In this document: positions 58,391-64,000 of the stretch, one piece after another
Layout of the letters: every line of letters begins with the position of its first letter
How positions within the stretch are numbered: the first letter of the stretch is position 1
NCBI GenBank assembly: GCA_965267575.1
Contig: OZ254086.1
Location: 3,712,001 to 3,776,000, forward strand
Reading direction: 5' to 3'
Origin: Calditrichales bacterium
Lineage (GTDB): Bacteria > Calditrichota > Calditrichia > Calditrichales > J004
DNA: 64,000 bases
Position numbers and translations under genes: made by a program
Notes under the pieces: model-generated
The model's database searches: none
What the model saw: the letters and a program-made list of their open reading frames with translations, nothing else
What the model was told of the DNA's origin: nothing

Positions 58391-59836
58391 ATGAGCACGG
58401 AAACCGAATATTTAGAGTCTATTGCCAATAAAGAATATAAATACGGCTTTACGACGGATATCGAAGCCGAGACGCTGCCACCGGGTCTCAATGAGGATGT
58501 TATAAGAGCCATCTCCGCCAAAAAAGAAGAACCTGAGTGGATGTTGGAATGGCGGCTTAAAGCCTATCGTCATTGGCTCAAAATGACCGAGCCCAACTGG
58601 GCCAAGGTTCATTATCAGAAGATCGATTATCAAAAGGTAAGCTACTTTTCGGCGCCGAAGAAAAAGCCGCAGTTGGAAAGCCTGGATGAGGTTGATCCGG
58701 AGTTGCTGCGCACGTACGAAAAGCTGGGTATTCCGCTGGAAGAGCAAAAACTGCTGGCCGGCGTCGCGGTAGATGCTGTCTTCGATAGTGTTTCGGTAGC
58801 AACAACCTTTAAAGAAAAGTTGGCTGATATGGGCATCATCTTTTGCTCCATGTCGGAGGCGGTAAAAAAACACCCTGAACTGGTTAAAAAACATCTTGGT
58901 TCGGTAGTGCCGTACACGGATAACTTTTTCGCCACCCTTAATTCCGCTGTTTTCAGCGACGGTTCATTTGTATATGTACCGAAAGGTGTTCGCTGTCCGA
59001 TGGAATTGTCCACTTATTTCCGCATCAACGCACAGAATACGGGACAATTTGAGCGTACGCTGATCGTTGCCGAAGAGGGCAGCTATGTCAGTTACCTGGA
59101 AGGCTGTACCGCTCCGATGCGTGACGAAAACCAGTTGCATGCTGCCGTCGTAGAAATCGTGGCACTAAAGGATGCCGAAGTTAAATACTCCACCGTTCAG
59201 AACTGGTATCCCGGTGATGATAAGGGTAAAGGAGGTATTTATAACTTTGTAACAAAACGCGGTATCTGCAAGGGCGATAATTCCAAAATCAGCTGGACGC
59301 AGGTAGAAACCGGTTCGGCGATCACCTGGAAATACCCCAGCGTGATCCTGAAGGGTGACAATTCTGTTGGAGAATTTTATTCGGTGGCTATGACCAACCG
59401 TTTCCAGCAAGCCGACACGGGTACCAAAATGATTCACATCGGTAAGAACACGCGCAGCAACATTGTCTCCAAAGGTATCTCCGCAGGGAAGAGCAATAAC
59501 TCTTACCGCGGCGAAGTCAAAGTGATGAAGAACGCCGAAAACGCGCGCAACTTTTCACAGTGCGACTCCTTGCTGATTGGCGATAAATGCGGAGCCCACA
59601 CGTTCCCCTACATTGAAGTGGGGAATACAACAGGTAAAGTAGAACACGAAGCCACGACTTCAAAAATCGGCGAAGACCAGATATTTTACTGCAACCAGCG
59701 CGGGCTGGACACAGAGCAGGCGGTTTCGCTGATCGTTAACGGCTATTGCAAAGAGGTTTTCCGCGAGCTGCCGATGGAGTTTGCCGTCGAAGCGCAGAAC
59801 CTGCTCAGCATCAGCCTGGAAGGAAGTGTTGGCTAA
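58391..59836 (+). CDS. sufB: Fe-S assembly protein SufB
   Basis: [41 protein letters not shown]. Confidence 0.98.
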   Translation: MSTETEYLESIANKEYKYGFTTDIEAETLPPGLNEDVIRAISAKKEEPEWMLEWRLKAYRHWLKMTEPNWAKVHYQKIDYQKVSYFSAPKKKPQLESLDEVDPELLRTYEKLGIPLEEQKLLAGVAVDAVFDSVSVATTFKEKLADMGIIFCSMSEAVKKHPELVKKHLGSVVPYTDNFFATLNSAVFSDGSFVYVPKGVRCPMELSTYFRINAQNTGQFERTLIVAEEGSYVSYLEGCTAPMRDENQLHAAVVEIVALKDAEVKYSTVQNWYPGDDKGKGGIYNFVTKRGICKGDNSKISWTQVETGSAITWKYPSVILKGDNSVGEFYSVAMTNRFQQADTGTKMIHIGKNTRSNIVSKGISAGKSNNSYRGEVKVMKNAENARNFSQCDSLLIGDKCGAHTFPYIEVGNTTGKVEHEATTSKIGEDQIFYCNQRGLDTEQAVSLIVNGYCKEVFRELPMEFAVEAQNLLSISLEGSVG

Positions 59837-59873
59837 TAACCAGAGTGTATAAGGAAAGGAAAACAGGACAAAG

Positions 59874-60611
59874 ATGTTAGAAATATCAAATTTAAGAGCT
59901 GCCGTTGAGGGCAAAGAAATTCTCAAAGGCATCGACATGAAAGTCAATCCCGGCGAAGTACACGCTATCATGGGCCCAAATGGCTCGGGAAAAAGCACGC
60001 TGGCCAATATTCTCGCCGGACGTGAAGAATACGAAATCCTGGAAGGATCAATCACCTACAAGGGCGAAGATATCCTGGAACTCGGTCCCGAGGAGCGGGC
60101 GCATAAAGGCATGTTTCTGGCTTTTCAGTATCCGGTGGAGATCCCCGGTGTAAGTAACATGTATTTTCTGCGTACCGCGCTGAATGCCATTCGTACGGCA
60201 CGTGGCGAAGAAGAAATCGATGCGGCGCAATTTTTGAAACTGGCCAAGGAGAAGATGGAACTGGTAAAAATGAGTAAGGGCCTGATGAACCGCGCTGTAA
60301 ACGAAGGTTTCTCCGGTGGTGAGAAAAAACGCAATGAGATCTTTCAGATGGCCGTTCTGGAACCGGAACTCTCGATTTTGGATGAAACCGATTCGGGACT
60401 GGACATTGACGCCTTAAAGATCGTTGCCAACGGCGTTAACACGCTGCGTACGGATAAAAATGCTACGATTGTTGTAACGCACTATCAGCGTCTGTTGAAT
60501 TACATCATCCCTGATTATGTACACGTTCTTCAGGAAGGACGAATCGTTAAATCCGGGGATAAGGACCTGGCGCTGCAATTGGAAGAAAAAGGCTACGACT
60601 GGTTAGCTTAA
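59874..60611 (+). CDS. sufC: Fe-S assembly ATPase SufC
   Basis: GPNGSGKST, FQYPVEIPG, FSGGEKKR, DETDSGLDIDAL. Confidence 0.98.
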   Translation: MLEISNLRAAVEGKEILKGIDMKVNPGEVHAIMGPNGSGKSTLANILAGREEYEILEGSITYKGEDILELGPEERAHKGMFLAFQYPVEIPGVSNMYFLRTALNAIRTARGEEEIDAAQFLKLAKEKMELVKMSKGLMNRAVNEGFSGGEKKRNEIFQMAVLEPELSILDETDSGLDIDALKIVANGVNTLRTDKNATIVVTHYQRLLNYIIPDYVHVLQEGRIVKSGDKDLALQLEEKGYDWLA

Positions 60612-60630
60612 ATCAAAATACAGGATAAAA

Positions 60631-61956
60631 ATGCAAGACATTAAAAACTACGTAGAATTATTCGAGGATTTTGAAAAGCGTCTGAACGGTCAAAGCAAGC
60701 AGCCGTTTCACATGCAGCGCGTTAAAGCGATAGACACGCTTAAGGAAACCGGGTTTCCCAAGCCGCGCGAAGAGGAGTGGCGCTTTACAAATATTTCTCC
60801 GCTTCTGAAAACAAAATTCAAACTGTCTGAGCAAAGCAGCCTGGAGAAGGTTAGCAAAGCAGATGTTGAGCGATTGTCTTTTGCCGGCTGGGATGGTCCT
60901 GTGCTGGTAATCGTCAACGGCATGTTCTCGCGTGAGCTGTCGCGCCTGGATGGTATTTCCGATAAAGTGAGCGTTATGCCTTTATCGGTTGCGCTGGCCG
61001 AAAACCATGAAAACGTCAAGGGCAAAATTAATACGCTGTCCGGGCTTGGTGATGCGTTCACCTACCTGAACACGGCGTTTGCCAGCGACGGTATTTTTGT
61101 TGAAGTGCCGGACAACGTGATCCAGGAAAAAGACATCCACATTCTGCACATTGCCGCGGCCGGGCACCAGACAATGGCTCATCCGCGGCACTTGTTTGTG
61201 GTGGGTAAGAGTGCGCGCCTGGGCGTTACGGAATCTTTCCATGCGCAGGATTGCGTTGACTGCTTTACCAACAGCGTTACCGAAATATTTGTAGCTGAAA
61301 ACGGCGAGATGGAGCACTACAAGCTGCAGGATGAAAACCTCGATGGTTATCATATGGGGCAGATTCACCTGAACCAAGGCGCCAATAGCCGCCTCTACTC
61401 GATCAATTTCGCTTTTGGCGGTAAACTCGTACGCAACAGCATAAATACGGAGCTGGCCGGCGAAGGGATCGAAAGTGTGCTAAACGGGCTTTATATGGCC
61501 CATGGCGACCAGCTAATCGACAACCACACGTTTATAGACCACGCCAAAGCGCACTGCGAAAGTCACGAGTTGTACCGCGGCATTCTGAAAGACAAAGCGC
61601 GCGGCGTGTTCAGCGGCAAGATTATGGTGCGCCAGGATGCGCAAAAGACAGATGCCAAGCAGTCTAATAACTGTTTGCTGCTTTCGGACGACGCGCGCAT
61701 CAACACCAAACCGCAGCTGGAAATTTACGCGGATGATGTAAAATGCACGCACGGTGCCACGATTGGCCAATTAGATGAAGAAGCCGTATTTTACCTGCGT
61801 TCGCGCGGAGTGCCGCAAAAGAAGGCCGTCAGCATTCTGACATACGCTTTTGCCGAAGAAATCATCGAAGGCATTCGCAATGAGGCTGTTAAAGCCCGTG
61901 TGAATGAGCTTTTGGAAAAAAGACTGCAAGAAGACCTGGATTTTATAAAAGAATAA
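60631..61956 (+). CDS. sufD: Fe-S assembly protein SufD
   Basis: EEWRFT, KPQLEIYADDVKCTHGAT, FYLRSRG. Confidence 0.96.
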   Translation: MQDIKNYVELFEDFEKRLNGQSKQPFHMQRVKAIDTLKETGFPKPREEEWRFTNISPLLKTKFKLSEQSSLEKVSKADVERLSFAGWDGPVLVIVNGMFSRELSRLDGISDKVSVMPLSVALAENHENVKGKINTLSGLGDAFTYLNTAFASDGIFVEVPDNVIQEKDIHILHIAAAGHQTMAHPRHLFVVGKSARLGVTESFHAQDCVDCFTNSVTEIFVAENGEMEHYKLQDENLDGYHMGQIHLNQGANSRLYSINFAFGGKLVRNSINTELAGEGIESVLNGLYMAHGDQLIDNHTFIDHAKAHCESHELYRGILKDKARGVFSGKIMVRQDAQKTDAKQSNNCLLLSDDARINTKPQLEIYADDVKCTHGATIGQLDEEAVFYLRSRGVPQKKAVSILTYAFAEEIIEGIRNEAVKARVNELLEKRLQEDLDFIKE

Positions 61957-61959
61957 TTT

Positions 61960-62280
61960 ATGAACGAGAACGACCAATACAAGCCGGATAAGAGCAAAAT
62001 CATTGATGCGCTCAAAACGGTTTACGACCCGGAAATCCCGGTGGACATTTATGAACTGGGATTGATTTATGACATCAAAACCAAGGAAGACAAGGTCACG
62101 ATTTTAATGACCCTGACTTCACCCAACTGCCCGGCGGCACAGACTTTGCCGGTTGAGGTGCGCGAAAAAGTGGCCTCGGTAGAGGGTGTTGGTAAAGCGG
62201 ATGTCGAGATCGTCTGGGATCCGCCATGGGGCATGGAGATGATGTCCGAAGAAGCTAAATTACAATTAGGATATTTTTAA
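61960..62280 (+). CDS. sufT: DUF59/SufT Fe-S assembly protein (copy 2)
   Basis: [32 protein letters not shown]. Confidence 0.9.
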   Translation: MNENDQYKPDKSKIIDALKTVYDPEIPVDIYELGLIYDIKTKEDKVTILMTLTSPNCPAAQTLPVEVREKVASVEGVGKADVEIVWDPPWGMEMMSEEAKLQLGYF

Positions 62281-62284
62281 TTTC

Positions 62285-63526
62285 ATGATCTTAAAAGAGC
62301 AGACAGGCACGCTGGATATCGACAAAATACGTAAAGACTTCCCCACCCTTGCTGAGCAGGTGCATGGGAAACCTTTGGTATACCTCGACAATGCCGCCAC
62401 AACGCAAAAACCGCAAAGCGTTATCGACGCGATGAATAAATATTACCGCGACAGCAACGCCAATGTGCATAGGGCTTTGCATGTGCTGGCGGAGCGTGCC
62501 ACCTCCGGCTACGAAGCCGCGCGGGAAGACGTACGATCGTTTATTAACGCGGGCAGCACCCGTGAGATTGTTTTCACCCGTGGAACCACCGAAGGCATCA
62601 ATATGATCGCCCACAGCCTGGGCAACACGCTCTTGGAGGAGGGTGACGAGATCATTCTTTCCGAAATGGAGCACCACAGTAATATTGTGCCCTGGCAACT
62701 CCTGGCGGAACGCAAAAACATCACATTGAAGTTTATTCCTGTCCTGGACAATGGCGAGCTGGACATGGCAGCGTATGCATCATTGCTTAATCCAAGGACA
62801 CGCCTTGTATCTATTATGCACATGTCCAACGTGCTGGGCACGGTAAACCCGGTTAAAGAGATCACCCATCTGGCGCATAAGCAGGGCGCGCTGGTCCTGA
62901 TTGACGGCGCTCAGGCTGTACCAAGCCTTCCCGTGGATGTACAGGATATCGACTGTGACTTTTATGCCTTTTCCTCGCACAAAATGGTAGGTCCCACGGG
63001 GATTGGCATTTTGTACGCGCGTGAAGAGTGGTTGAACCGTATGCCGCCCTTCCTTGGCGGTGGTGAAATGATATCTGAAGTATCACTTGAGAAATCCACG
63101 TGGGCAGACCTGCCGCATAAATTCGAGGCGGGTACCCCCAACATCGCCGGTGCCTTTGGCCTGCGAGCGGCCGTGGAGTATTTAAAAAATACAGGAATGG
63201 AAAACATTCAGTCTTACGAAGAAGAACTGACTGCCTATGCCATGGAAAAAATGCGTGCCGTGGAAGGGCTTAAGCTTTTAGGCACGTCCGCCAACCGCGG
63301 ACCCGCTCTGAGTTTTGTTCTGGATAAAGTACATCCCTTTGACCTGTCGCAGTTTCTTGACCAAACCGGTATCGCCATCCGGGCAGGGCATCATTGTGCT
63401 CAACCGTTGATGAAACGATTTGGGATAAATGCCACGGCGCGTGCCAGCCTTTATTTCTACAACACCCGCGATGAAGTGGATTACTTTGTTGAGAACCTCA
63501 ATAAAGCCATTCACTTTTTCGCCTGA
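62285..63526 (+). CDS. sufS: Cysteine desulfurase SufS
   Basis: YLDNAATTQKP, EHHSN, SSHKM, RAGHHCAQP. Confidence 0.97.
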   Translation: MILKEQTGTLDIDKIRKDFPTLAEQVHGKPLVYLDNAATTQKPQSVIDAMNKYYRDSNANVHRALHVLAERATSGYEAAREDVRSFINAGSTREIVFTRGTTEGINMIAHSLGNTLLEEGDEIILSEMEHHSNIVPWQLLAERKNITLKFIPVLDNGELDMAAYASLLNPRTRLVSIMHMSNVLGTVNPVKEITHLAHKQGALVLIDGAQAVPSLPVDVQDIDCDFYAFSSHKMVGPTGIGILYAREEWLNRMPPFLGGGEMISEVSLEKSTWADLPHKFEAGTPNIAGAFGLRAAVEYLKNTGMENIQSYEEELTAYAMEKMRAVEGLKLLGTSANRGPALSFVLDKVHPFDLSQFLDQTGIAIRAGHHCAQPLMKRFGINATARASLYFYNTRDEVDYFVENLNKAIHFFA

Positions 63527-63596
63527 TTCCAATCCATCATATCAACAGCTAATTATTTGATTGCTTTTTAGGCAGGTGTTAAATTCTGCCGCTATT

Positions 63597-64000
63597 ATGA
63601 CAGACCAAAATAACGGCTTACGCAAACTCGATAAACAGCAGAAGCGGCATTACCTGGCTCTGCGCAGGCAATTCAGTAAACCCGTCATAAGCATCAGCGG
63701 ATACCTTGGAAAAAGCTCCCTGAGTGAGATGCTTTATGGCGTTCTGCAGAACTACGGCAAAGTCCTTAAAACACCGCACGGAAAAGGCTCCTGGCATAAT
63801 ACGTTGAAGACCATGGAAAAGCTTTCCGATGGTTATGACTATGCGCTTTTTGAATTTGACAGCGAGAGAAACCGGGATTTTGCAGGTCTTTTCAGGCTTC
63901 TGAAACCCAATGTAGGCGTTGTTACAAACATTGGTGATGCCCATTTAAGTTACCTCAATTCAGCCATGCAGCTTGCTCTTAAGCGATCTGAAGTCATCAA
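63597..64000 (+). CDS. Mur ligase middle-domain protein (MurF-like), truncated by the window end
   Basis: Own translation: MTDQNNG...KPVISISGYLGKSS...YALFE...LKPNVGVVTNIGDAHL; open to the window end. Confidence 0.7.
   Translation, partial: MTDQNNGLRKLDKQQKRHYLALRRQFSKPVISISGYLGKSSLSEMLYGVLQNYGKVLKTPHGKGSWHNTLKTMEKLSDGYDYALFEFDSERNRDFAGLFRLLKPNVGVVTNIGDAHLSYLNSAMQLALKRSEVI

Overview
A gene-dense bacterial chromosome segment, mostly on the + strand, with no integrase, transposase, prophage or CRISPR array visible. A Calditrichota/FCB-like origin is an inference, based mainly on a pentapeptide-motif M49 dipeptidyl peptidase III of the Caldithrix type. Housekeeping content includes nagA-nagB, single-chain purL, exonuclease-fused dinG, hutH, guaB, mce, uvrC, dinB, metF, an isocitrate/isopropylmalate dehydrogenase, aroC, cystathionine beta-synthase, pyk, lplA, msrC, ltaE, three tRNAs (Ser-GCT, Ser-TGA, Ala-GGC) and an Rrf2-sufT-sufBCD-sufT-sufS operon. 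The most notable items are: (1) an archaeal-type HMG-CoA synthase/thiolase/DUF35 operon with intact catalytic motifs, near a geranylgeranyl-reductase-family gene; (2) an operon of a nucleosidase-like protein, a spore-photoproduct-lyase-like radical SAM enzyme that seems to lack the SPL catalytic Cys, and a thioesterase; (3) a signal-less NAL1-like serine protease followed by a stand-alone copy of its own N-terminal domain; (4) an RpiB variant (Cys to Asp) with a microcompartment-type N-terminal module coupled to guaB; (5) a perfect (TGTGTTAA)9 tract abutting a start codon in the divergent YkgJ/dinB region, plus related 8-bp-period repeats at other gene ends; (6) a sensor-less HDOD/hybrid-kinase cascade. 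All calls come from motif reading without database searches.
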